Assembly: GCA_964016885.1 (NCBI GenBank)
Contig: OZ024741.1
Location: 329,592,001-329,656,000 of the forward strand
Direction: 5' to 3'
Source of the DNA: Eledone cirrhosa
Lineage: Eukaryota
Length of the DNA: 64,000 nt
Both the position numbers and the translations under genes were made by a program. Below are positions 42,103 to 52,221 of the stretch, piece by piece. The notes beneath the pieces are model-generated. The model had not been told where the DNA came from, searched no databases, and worked only from the letters and a program-made list of their open reading frames with translations. Each line of letters starts with the position of its first letter. Within the stretch, counting starts at the first letter, position 1.

Positions 42103-42654
42103 TAGGTGATTCAGTGAATTACTGGTTGGTGTACCCGTTGCCAATATGAGCACTCGATACACAGGTACAGTCATCATCATCATCATCATCGTTTAACGTC
42201 CATTTTCCACGCTAGCATGGGTCTGGACGGGAATTGTCCCACTTGAGGCTAGATTGGTTGTCTTGCTCAGGACTGTCTGGTGGGTTTTCTACGGCTAGAT
42301 GCCCTTCCTAACACCAACCACGTTTACAGTGTGGACTGGGAGGTTTTTACTGTGTTACCTACACGGCCACATTACAGCATGGACTGTGTTTTTTTGTCGT
42401 GACACCTACACAACCTCATTTATTTAAGACTGGATGTTGTGGTACCAACATAGCTTTACACCGTACAGTGTATATAATAAGAAAAGAAATTGATGAAGTT
42501 CTTTTGTTTACATATTTTTTATTGATTATCAACCTGTTTCACAGACGATTGACTCAAAGTTCACCAGGGAAGCTATGGATCTGACTCCAACATCAATCTG
42601 CTCATCATCATTGGTGAATTGAGAATGAGTAATCAATACCTTAGTAGATTTTAA

Positions 42655-42847
42655 CCCTTTAGTAACCGGCTAGAATTCTCTCACCTCTTTCTGTTCAAAC
42701 AGGCTGTAACTGGCAACTCATACTGATGTTAAGGTATTATTCTCAAAATAAATAATATCATAATCTCATAGATTCAATATTATGTGAGGTAAAGCCTTTA
42801 CCCCAAAAATACAATAGTAAATATAGAGTAATGTAAATGCTAAAGGG
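42655..42847. mobile_element. piggyBac-type MITE (TTAA TSD)
   Basis: TTAA|CCCTTTAG ... CTAAAGGG|TTAA. Related ttaaccctt..-initiated elements at ~25763-26120, 40370-40860 (with tandem 5' ends), 56425 and 61689. Confidence 0.6.
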
Positions 42848-45083
42848 TTAAATATTCACCTAAGACGAGACTTGTCTAATGATTCTGTGAGTGAGAAGAC
42901 TAAAGAAATAAAGTATGTTCTGATGGATGTGTAATGTTAAGTGCAGGAATGTATCATAAGCAAACTGAGAGCAAAACTTGGCATATGAGGCATGTGATGT
43001 GTATCGAAGATGGCAGCTGCATAAAGAAATGCAGAGAACTCCCAGTGGCTGGTACCATTGAAAGAGGCAGACCGAGAAAGACTTGGGATGCAGTTGTGAA
43101 GACCAACCATAGGAAGCTAAACCTCACAACAGATGTGACAAGGGGCCACGAGATTTGGTGCTATGCTGTGCTGATGAAGGCCTGGCCACCAGCATAAATG
43201 TGATCCAACTCATTACTGCATACCCCACCCCATCCCATCTATGCCCTCACCCTAGTATCACTTCTAAGCTATTTCTCCTCCCCTCCCTATTGCAGCAGAG
43301 TTGCTACCTCCTCTCCACCTACCCATACTTTAAACAATAAAAACAATACAACATGGGGGAAGTCTCATACAGTGTATGCTAGTATAGCAAAGCAAACAGA
43401 AATAATATTGACGATAAATATAGTCATATACACATATACACACACATCATCATCATCATCATCGTTTAACGTCTATCTTCCACGCTAGCATGGGTTAGAC
43501 GGAAGTTGTCCCAATTTGAGGCAAGGTTGGTCGGGTGACCGTGTCTCACTCGTATAGGACTATCTGGCAGGTTTTCTACGACTGGATGCCCTTCCTAACA
43601 CCAACCACATTTACAGTGTATACATATACACACACATATACATTATATATATATACATACATACACAGACATATATATATATATACACACATACTTGTAT
43701 ATATATATATACACACACATACATTGACATCATCATCATAATCACTTAACGTCTATTTTTCCATGCTTGCATGGATGCATATGTAATACATGGTGGCTGC
43801 CAACTCGTTTTCGAGTACGGCCACTACTTTATATCCATGTAGGAGAACCCCTACCGATGCGCTGAACGAGTGTGACTTTTTAGTCCAGCCAGTGACTTGA
43901 AAACTCTGGTACAAACACTACACTTGTGACAATTATTGACACATAGTGCTGGGTCCATGGTACCATGTGACGACAAGTGCAGAGATCTCCAGATATAAAG
44001 CAATGCTTGTGCCGTGAAGCTTTTATAGTGAGCAAAGCCAGTCCCACTCTCTTAACCAAGATGATATTTACCAAAAAGAAGAACAAGTCAACATCATTGG
44101 ATACCATCAGGGTTGCAGGCGTTATATCAGAGTTTTCCTTCTCCTAGTATTCTGCCTTGACAAAGGCTAAGGGGTCATCTCTCCCGGAATACATACATAC
44201 ATACATATATACATACATGTATATTACACACACACAAATCCTCATCATAATTATTTAACAGCTATGCTTGCATGGATGTATACATACAAATATATATACA
44301 TGTATGTATATTACTTATATACATACACATACACCTATCTATATATAATATAAACACACATCTATCTATATATAATATACACACCAACATAGAATTAGAA
44401 TTATCAATCAAAACTTAAGTCAAAGTGAAATTCCATGATGTAACATATGGTTAGAATTCTATAGAATTATTATATTTATAAGCAGGTTAAAGTGGAACAT
44501 CTAGGAACCACTTTCAAGGATTTGGTTCCTTTCCACTGCAAATGCCTAGGTTTACAAGAGCTAGCTTATCCTTCCACCTCCTTTCCACCCCATACTACAG
44601 GTCACGTGAGTGCACACTATACAAACAAACTGCTACCAACTATTTTTAGCCATTTCACTGGAGAATGTTCCAGCATGAAAATCTTGAAGTTATTATTATC
44701 ATTATAATACCAATTCACCTCTCGTTACTTCCAACTTTACAAACACAGACACACATACAGAGATGAGACACATAGACACACACATACAGGCACCATATAT
44801 TCTGCCATATGTATTGAGTGCTTATTTAGTTAATGTTTTATGCATGCATGTACGTAAACACCTCCCTATCTATCTACACACAGACACATGCCTGTATCTA
44901 GCTTAGATTAAGTAGACTGTATCTCTGTATGCCATACATAAAAAGCAACTAAAAGGGTATCAGTTGTAAAACACTGCCTCAAAATGTTCTGTCCAACCCA
45001 TGACAGCATGGAAAAGTGGACGTAAAAACAGATGATAATGAAATTATATATGATAACAAAAGAGGTATAGGTAAATATCCTGA

Positions 45084-48000
45084 ATGAACAGTGACATAAT
45101 ACCTATATATATATTGTATATACACATATACAATACTGCTTTCCCGGGTCCTGTTTCTGATCATAATGCACCTACAAAGGCATCGAATGATGATGAATCC
45201 TCAAATCTCAAGGGACGGGGTTCGTCTGATGGAGAAGAAACAGGTCCTAACCAAACAACAAGCAAATCTCGCTTAGTTAGCTGTAAAAAGCAAATAATAG
45301 TTAGCTCCTTGAACACCAGAACCCTCCTTCCAACAGGTAGACTCCAGGAGCTGGCAGAGAATGCCAAACTTCAGAACATTGACATCCTTGCGGTCCAAGA
45401 ACACTGCTTTTTCCACCCAAAGGATGATCTCAAGTGTCACACCCTAGGATCCTACCAACTTGTCACCTCTTCAGCCACCAAGAACCCTGTCAATGCCTCC
45501 GTTGGAGGAGTCGGCTGCCTTCTCTCATCTAAAGCCAGCAATAATCTTCTGGGGATTGAAACAATCTCTCCCAGAATCTTGATGCTTACACTAGAGGGCA
45601 ATCCTAGAACCACTGCGATATGTGTATACAGTCCTCATAACGCCTCTCCTGAGGATGAGGTAAGAGAATTCTACACGACCCTTCGCACAGTTGCTGAGCA
45701 AGTACCCTTACACAACTTTCTTATCATCGCTGGAGACCTCAACGCTCAACTTGGCCCGGATGAAGTAAAGTTCACATACAATAGGGTTACTAACCGAAAC
45801 GGGGAATATCTCAAGGACTTCATGGAAGAATTCAGTCTATTCAGCTCAAACAACAGCTTCATGAAGACCAGAGGCCAGCTTTGGACCTTCGAATACCCAA
45901 ACCAAAAACGAGCTCAGATTGACTATTTGATATTTCGCAAGAAATGGAGAAACTCAATCAAAGATTCTAGATCTTATTCCTCCTTTAGCTCTGTCGGCTC
46001 AGATCATCGAGTCATCTCGGCAACAATCATACTTAGCCTCAGGATATCCAAGAGGGCCGAACCTCATCCCATGAAAAGAATAGACTGGAAAGCCGTTTCT
46101 TCCAACAAACAACTATCCAATAGCTTCACGCTTCAAGTCTATAACAGATTTCAATCTCTCTCAACTTCTGACATCAATGACGATAATATTGAAGATGTGT
46201 ATGACTGTCTTAAGCAATCAACAGAGGAAGTTGCACTTGCCACCCTACCTAAAAAGAAAAGCCGACGCCAAAATAAACCTAGTGCCTCAGAGAAGGTAGT
46301 TGAAGCAAGGGCCCATCTTAGGTCAATATCCCAATCTCACCATCAATCACCATCTCAAGGGAAAAAGATACAGCTTATCATGGCCAAAAAATCACTAGAC
46401 GACGCTTATCTTAATGCTGAAGCCGACTATATCTCAGGTAGGATTGATCAGCTATCGCAACATCACATCAGCAAACACCATCATCTTGATTGGAAGGTTG
46501 TCAAAGATCTTTCAGGCAAAAACACAAACTCTGCAGTTAGAATCAAAGGAGGCTCTGCCAAAAAACGTCTTGAAAATTGGTCTGCTCATTTTAAAAACCT
46601 TCTAGGGAAAAAGGCCAGACTCCCTGATAACTATCAACTGCCATCCGTTCAGGTTTCAGAGCCTTTAGGAATCAACACCTCTCCTTTCACCATGCCTGAG
46701 CTCAAAGCCTCAAAAGCCTTTGGGCCGGATAATATACCTACCCTGATTTGGAAGGATGAGCATTTCCACATCCTTTTGCTCAACTTATGTAACCATACTT
46801 TCGAGACCAATAAACCACCTAGCGTCTGGCATGCAGCTCAAATTATCCCCATGCCCAAAAAAGATCTTTCTTTAGCCACCAACTATAGAGGAATTTCTCT
46901 CATGGCAATTGCTGCAAAAATATACAACAAGCTTCTTCTTAACCGCTTAATCCCATTTCTTGAACCAATCCTTCGTAACAACCAGAATGGATTTAGGAGA
47001 GGTAGATCAACACTTAGCCAGATTCTCTGCCTTCGCCGACTTAGAGAGGAGTCCCAAAACCGCAATCTAGACCTTGCACTCATCTTTGTTGATTTTTCAA
47101 AAGCCTTCGACTCAGTTGACAGGTCGGGGATGTTTGAAATTCTACAACTCTATGGGATTCCTGATAAAATCATCACGGCCATATGTGTAATGTATACAGA
47201 TACCAAATCAACTGTCCTGACCCCAGATGGGGAAACACCACCTTTCTCAATCCTCGCTGGAATATTACAGGGCGATACCCTTGCCCCGTATCTATTTATC
47301 ATTGTTGTGGATTATGTTTTGCGCATGTCTGTGGATAGGATTCAGGATAGGGGATACCAACTACAGCCTAGAAGCTCACGCTACCCAGCAAAATACTTGA
47401 CCGACACCGACTTTGCTGACGACATCGCATTGACCAGTCGGTCACTGGAAAATGCTGAGAGTCTTTTGAAGTCATTAGAGCAAGCGTCCAACTGTGTTGG
47501 ACTGTACCTCAACGAATCCAAGACTGAGTATGTGAACAGATGCGCAAACAGCCCAAATTACCCCATCAGAACCCTTAATGGTACCACCCTTAAGCAGGTG
47601 GAAGATTACAAGTATCTTGGCTCATATATCTCCTCCTCCAAAAATGATTTTCTAACCAGGAAGGGTATGGCATGGTCAGCGTGCAATGACATGCACGCCA
47701 TATGGACATCTCAACTTACCAACAAGCTAAAACTGGAAATATTCCAAGCAACCATTAAGCCCATATTACTTTATGGATCTGAAACTTGGACACTAACATC
47801 ACAACTTGAGAGGAGATTGGATGGCACATATACCCGCCTCCTAATGAGAGTGCAAAACCTATCCTGGAAACGACATCCCACCTTGTCTAAAATCTATGGC
47901 AAACTCCCTCGAGCCTCTGCCCTTCTAAAATCCCGGAGAGCTCAATTTGCTGGCCACTGTCACCGTGCCAGCAATGAAATCATATCCGCTCTCTTGCACT

Positions 48001-48164
48001 GGAACCCTGACTCCAGCCTGACTAGGAGTAGGAAGCTGTCATTCCCTGATGTTATCTCTAGGGATACGGGAATCAGTAGACAGGACCTGGGGGCAGCGAT
48101 GGGGGACAGGGAATTCTGGGGCATGAGAGTGAGATCCATCATCTCGACAGTAGTCGACGAGTGA
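45084..48164 (+). CDS. AP-endonuclease / reverse transcriptase polyprotein of the RTE LINE (first ~17 codons of the called ORF are flanking DNA)
   Basis: APE motifs SLNTRTL, AVQEH, VYSPH, GDLNA, IDY, SDH. RT motifs QNGFRRGRS, FVDFSKAFDSV, GILQGDTLAPYLF, DFADD, YKYLGS. No internal stops. Confidence 0.92.
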   Translation: MNSDIIPIYILYIHIYNTAFPGPVSDHNAPTKASNDDESSNLKGRGSSDGEETGPNQTTSKSRLVSCKKQIIVSSLNTRTLLPTGRLQELAENAKLQNIDILAVQEHCFFHPKDDLKCHTLGSYQLVTSSATKNPVNASVGGVGCLLSSKASNNLLGIETISPRILMLTLEGNPRTTAICVYSPHNASPEDEVREFYTTLRTVAEQVPLHNFLIIAGDLNAQLGPDEVKFTYNRVTNRNGEYLKDFMEEFSLFSSNNSFMKTRGQLWTFEYPNQKRAQIDYLIFRKKWRNSIKDSRSYSSFSSVGSDHRVISATIILSLRISKRAEPHPMKRIDWKAVSSNKQLSNSFTLQVYNRFQSLSTSDINDDNIEDVYDCLKQSTEEVALATLPKKKSRRQNKPSASEKVVEARAHLRSISQSHHQSPSQGKKIQLIMAKKSLDDAYLNAEADYISGRIDQLSQHHISKHHHLDWKVVKDLSGKNTNSAVRIKGGSAKKRLENWSAHFKNLLGKKARLPDNYQLPSVQVSEPLGINTSPFTMPELKASKAFGPDNIPTLIWKDEHFHILLLNLCNHTFETNKPPSVWHAAQIIPMPKKDLSLATNYRGISLMAIAAKIYNKLLLNRLIPFLEPILRNNQNGFRRGRSTLSQILCLRRLREESQNRNLDLALIFVDFSKAFDSVDRSGMFEILQLYGIPDKIITAICVMYTDTKSTVLTPDGETPPFSILAGILQGDTLAPYLFIIVVDYVLRMSVDRIQDRGYQLQPRSSRYPAKYLTDTDFADDIALTSRSLENAESLLKSLEQASNCVGLYLNESKTEYVNRCANSPNYPIRTLNGTTLKQVEDYKYLGSYISSSKNDFLTRKGMAWSACNDMHAIWTSQLTNKLKLEIFQATIKPILLYGSETWTLTSQLERRLDGTYTRLLMRVQNLSWKRHPTLSKIYGKLPRASALLKSRRAQFAGHCHRASNEIISALLHWNPDSSLTRSRKLSFPDVISRDTGISRQDLGAAMGDREFWGMRVRSIISTVVDE

Positions 48165-48175
48165 TGATGATGATG
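45133..48175 (+). mobile_element. RTE-clade non-LTR retrotransposon (LINE), near full-length, antisense in the zinc-finger intron
   Basis: 15-bp TSD ATATACACATATACA (45118-45132 and 48176-48190), a (TGA)n tail overlapping the stop codon, and a single long ORF. Confidence 0.93.
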
Positions 48176-48483
48176 ATATACACATATACATACACACAAA
48201 CATATATGTGTGTGTTGGGTACATTCTACTAAGTCACCGACATGAGAGATGTTGATGTGTTCTTGATGTAACTGGAGCCCTCAAACATTTTTGGCATGGG
48301 TTCTACAGTTGTAGGCCCTTCATAATACTAACCACTTTACAAAGTATATCAAGTGGCATAAGCATTAGGGAAGTTGTTGGTCACTGATTCAACATAAGAA
48401 CCATCCCTACTCCATGGAGGGAGTAGGAAGAGAGTGGGGGTTTAAGAAGGGTGATAAGGATGATTATGCAGTAATTTTCATTT

Positions 48484-50213
48484 ACATAACAGAGGAGTTC
48501 AAGACCGGCTGCCCATGGGAACTCCTATACGCAGATGATCTAACGCTCATAGCTGAATCAATGGCCGAGCTAGAGAAGAAATTCCAAACATGGAAGCACG
48601 GCCTAGAATCAAAAGGCCTTAAAATTAACATGGCTAAGACTAAAGTTCTAGTTTGTAGGAAAGAAAATAAGGCGCCGGTCCCTTCCGGGAAATGGCCATG
48701 CTCAGTGTGTAGGAAAGGCGTAGGTAGAAACTCCATTTTATGTCCTAAATGCAAAGTATGGGTGCATAAAAGATGTAGTGGGATCACAGGTAAGCTAACT
48801 AAGAACACAGATTTTACATGTGGCCGGTGCTCTGGTGCAATAAGTAGCAGCAAGTGCCCACAAATACTAGCTCTTTCAACTGCGCAGAGGGTTCTATAGA
48901 AATAGTGGACAGCTTCTGTTACCTGGGTGACAAAATCAGCAGTGGGGGAGGGTGCTCCGAAAGTACAGTAGCTAGAGTCAGAACTGGATGGAAAAAGTTC
49001 AGAGAGCTTATACCACTATTAGCCGCTAAAGGGTTCTCCCTAAAAGTGAAAGGCAGGTTGTATGATGCCTGCATACGAACAGCAATGTTGCATGGCAGTG
49101 AGACCTGGGCATTGTGTGCAGAGGATATACGCAGACTAGAGAGGAACGAAGCTTGCATGCTCCGCTGAATGTGTAATAGTAATATACGCGAACGACAAAG
49201 CATAAACGAACTAAGGAAAAAATTAGAAATAAGAGGGATCAGATGTTGTTTACTCGAGAGAAGGCTACGTTGGTATGGTCACGTGATGCGCATGAAAGAC
49301 GACAGCTGTATAACAAAGTGCAGGGCAATAAAGATAGACGGTAGCCACGGAGTAGGCAGACCCAGAAAAACCTGGGACGAGCTGATAAATTCCGACCTCA
49401 CACACTTACACCTCTCCAAGACAATGTCACTGGACCGAGACCTTTGGCGGTACTCAGTAACAGAGAAGACCCGCGTTACCTAAATACAAAGTAAAACCTA
49501 CTACAGTCAGTAGGCATCTCTAACAAAATACACCCCCGTCCCACCACCCCCACCCCATCCACACCGCCCCTTTCAATGTAAAGTTATGTTGGTGCCACAA
49601 AATCCAGGTCGAAACAAATGAGATCGTGTAGGTGTCACGAAAAAAAAAACACACAGTCCACACTGTAATGTGACCGTGTAGGCAACACGGTAAAAACCTC
49701 CCAGTCCCACACTGTAAATGTGGTTGGTGTTAGGAAGGGCATTCAGCTGTAGAAAACCTGCCAGACAGTCCACGCTGTAATGTGACCGTGTAGGTAACAC
49801 GGTAAAAACGTCCCAGCCCCACACTGTAAATGTGGTTGGTGTTAGGAAGGGCATCCAACTGTAGAAAACCTGCCAGACAGTCCACGCTGTAATGTGGCCG
49901 TGTAGGTAACACGGTAAAAACCTCCCAGCCCCACACTGTAAATGTGGTTGGTGTTAGGAAGGGCATCCAACTGTAGAAAACCTGCCAGACAGTCCACGCT
50001 GTAATGTGGCCGTGTAGGTAACACGGTAAAAACCTCCCAGCCCCACACTGTAAATGTGGTTGGTGTTAGGAAGGGCATCCAACTGTAGAAAACCCGCCAG
50101 ACAGTCCTATGCGAGCAAGACAACCACTCTTGCCTCAAGTGGGAAAACTCCCGTCCAAACCCATGCAAGCATGGAACACGGACGTCAAACGATGATGATG
50201 ATGATGATGATGA
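48484..50213 (+). mobile_element. 5'-truncated RTE LINE (second family) with PHD-like Cys/His insertion and long 3' UTR
   Basis: WELLYADDL..CSVC..CPKC..VHKRC..CGRC..FCYLG..GSETW..RLRWYGHV..GRPRKTW. Frameshift near 48855 and TGA at 49166. (GAT)n tail. Candidate 8-bp TSD TTTCATTT (48476-48483, 50214-50221). Confidence 0.9.
49653..50100 (+). repeat. Four tandem 112-bp units in the LINE 3' UTR
   Basis: Units start at 49653, 49765, 49877 and 49989 and are near-identical. Confidence 0.95.
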
Positions 50214-50339
50214 TTTCATTTGTGTTTCAATTTATGTATGATAAACTTAAATGATACATTTACAGAAGCGAAATAAGGTGGAAAAAGTAGATAGCCATTA
50301 ATAATATTTGAAAAAAAAAAAAAAAAAAAAAAAAATGCC

Positions 50340-50920
50340 CACCTTTCAACCTTTCATGGTTAAAGGAGGGCAGTTGGGCGATCTTTATGATGAGTTGAGT
50401 TAATAGCTGGATCTGTCTTATATGCAACAGCATGAATGAGTGAATGCAAAATGGGCTGGTCACTTAGCACAGTCCTTCCATGCCTGTAGAGTTTATCTTG
50501 AACTAGTAATGATCTCTGGTAACACTGTTAGGCCAGAGATTTCTGGAACTTATCCACAGTCCCTAAACCAAAAGTCTTCTAGAACAGACTAGTTTCCTTG
50601 AGAATACTGTCATACTTCTCCACCACTAACCCTCTATAGATTATTAATGTGGAGCTTCCACTGATCACATTGCTTGACTGGTAGAGGGCTGAAGGAAACG
50701 ACTTGTGGAAAAAGCAAGCCTGACAAAAGTTGAGTGCACCTGCTCACAGTCCAGGAATCTCTGCAAATGCCGCAATTTCAGAGCATGTCTGAACATCATC
50801 AGCCACAATGTGCAGAGTACATCACAGAGAGGGTATTGGTAACAGATGGGCCAACTGAACAGTGGAGTGATTCCTCTTCCATTTGTGGAAGAAAAAAAAA
50901 TCACTGTAATGTGGTCAAAT
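50340..50920 (-). mobile_element. Decayed Tx1/L1-like LINE ORF2 fragment (post-RT region)
   Basis: Minus-strand pieces CYQYPL..RHALKLRHLQRFLD.EQV.S.FVR and L.VQDKLYRHG resemble Tx1/L1 C-terminal regions, with stops and frameshifts. Confidence 0.5.
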
Positions 50921-50931
50921 GAAATTTGAGG

Positions 50932-51111
50932 CAAGGCATGAGGATTAGACAAGGCACGAGGGTTAGACAAAACACAATGGTTAGACAAAACACGAGGGTT
51001 AGACAAAACACAATGGTTAGACAAAACACAATGGTTAGACAAAGCACGATGGTTAGACAAAGCACGATGGTTAGACAAGGCATGATGGTTATCCAAGGTA
51101 TGATGGTTAGA
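50932..51111. repeat. 18-bp minisatellite, about 10 copies
   Basis: ggttagacaaaRcacRat repeated. Confidence 0.9.
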
Positions 51112-51439
51112 TGATATAGTTTCTAATTTAGGCAAGAGGCTCGCAGTTTGGAAAAGGGTGAAAGTTGATCATATATCGACCCCTGAATTCGACTAGTCAT
51201 CGTCATTGAATCAATCGACAAGATCTCAGACCTCATTCCCTTACTGTGTGGGGTGGAACTCATCAAATCAGACCGAGGAAACAATGTTTCCATTGGTCTT
51301 TCCATTGTTGATACTATCTACCAGACGCAACTCCTGGCAGAAAGAACAACATGAAATAAAGTGTCTTGCTGAAGAACATAATGCATCAGCCAGTCCAGGA
51401 ATTGAACTCGCAACCACATGATTGCAAAAACCGCTAAGC

Positions 51440-51787
51440 CAGTACATTACAGGTGCTTTATTTTATCTTCCCCGTAAGGATGAAAGGCAGAGTTAACCTC
51501 GGCGGGATTTGAACTCAGACCGTAAAGGGACGTAACTATGCTGCAAAGCATGGTGTCCAACCCTCTACCGATACTGCCAATCCACTACCCTTAATAATAA
51601 TAATAATTGTTTCTACTTTAGGCACAAGGCCAGCAATTACCCAGTGCATTACTGCTACTTTATTTTATCGACCCCGTAAGGATGAAAGGCAAAGTCAACC
51701 TCGGCGGGATTTGAACTCAGATTGTAAAGGGACGTAACTATGCTGGAAAGCATGGCGTCCAACCCTCTACCGATACTGCCAATCCAC

Positions 51788-51790
<3 letters not shown>
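51440..51790 (-). mobile_element. Tandem pair of young SINE family A copies separated by (AAT)n
   Basis: Two near-identical copies with CpGs intact. Confidence 0.85.
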
Positions 51791-51827
<37 letters not shown>

Positions 51828-51828
<1 letters not shown>

Positions 51829-52189
51829 TTTTCTTTATTAACCACAAGGGTTCACATAAAGTAGACATTAAGGACAGTACAGGACAATACAGGACGGTAC
51901 AAATGGGCATTTCTGCGTGTAAAAAAACAGAGGTTGAAATAAAATAACAAAGAAAAATTCCTCAATAGGGGGAAGACTTCCAAGGGACATTTGTGGAGAA
52001 AGCCCATTAAAAGACCACAGTGGCCCTGACCACCAGGGCAAGTGCCCTCTCCCAGTTTTCCACCTTTAATTTACAGACACATACTCAGAGAAGGCCCATT
52101 CATTTGGGCCATACTTGCTTCTCTCACCCATCTTTCAACAAAATGCTGGGAAGAGAGCACTTCCCTCTCTACCCTGATTTTCCTTTTCA

Positions 52190-52190
<1 letters not shown>
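51828..52190 (-). mobile_element. Tx1/L1-like LINE 3' end inserted in (AAT)n
   Basis: Minus strand reads LKRKIRVEREVLSSQHFVERWV..MCL*, then ~240 nt of UTR ending AATAAAGAAAAC. (AAT)n lies on both sides. Confidence 0.6.

Positions 52191-52221
<31 letters not shown>

Noticed and set aside
45084-45132. ATG at 45084 as the LINE start codon
   Set aside because: It lies outside the TSD-defined element, in AT-rich flanking DNA.
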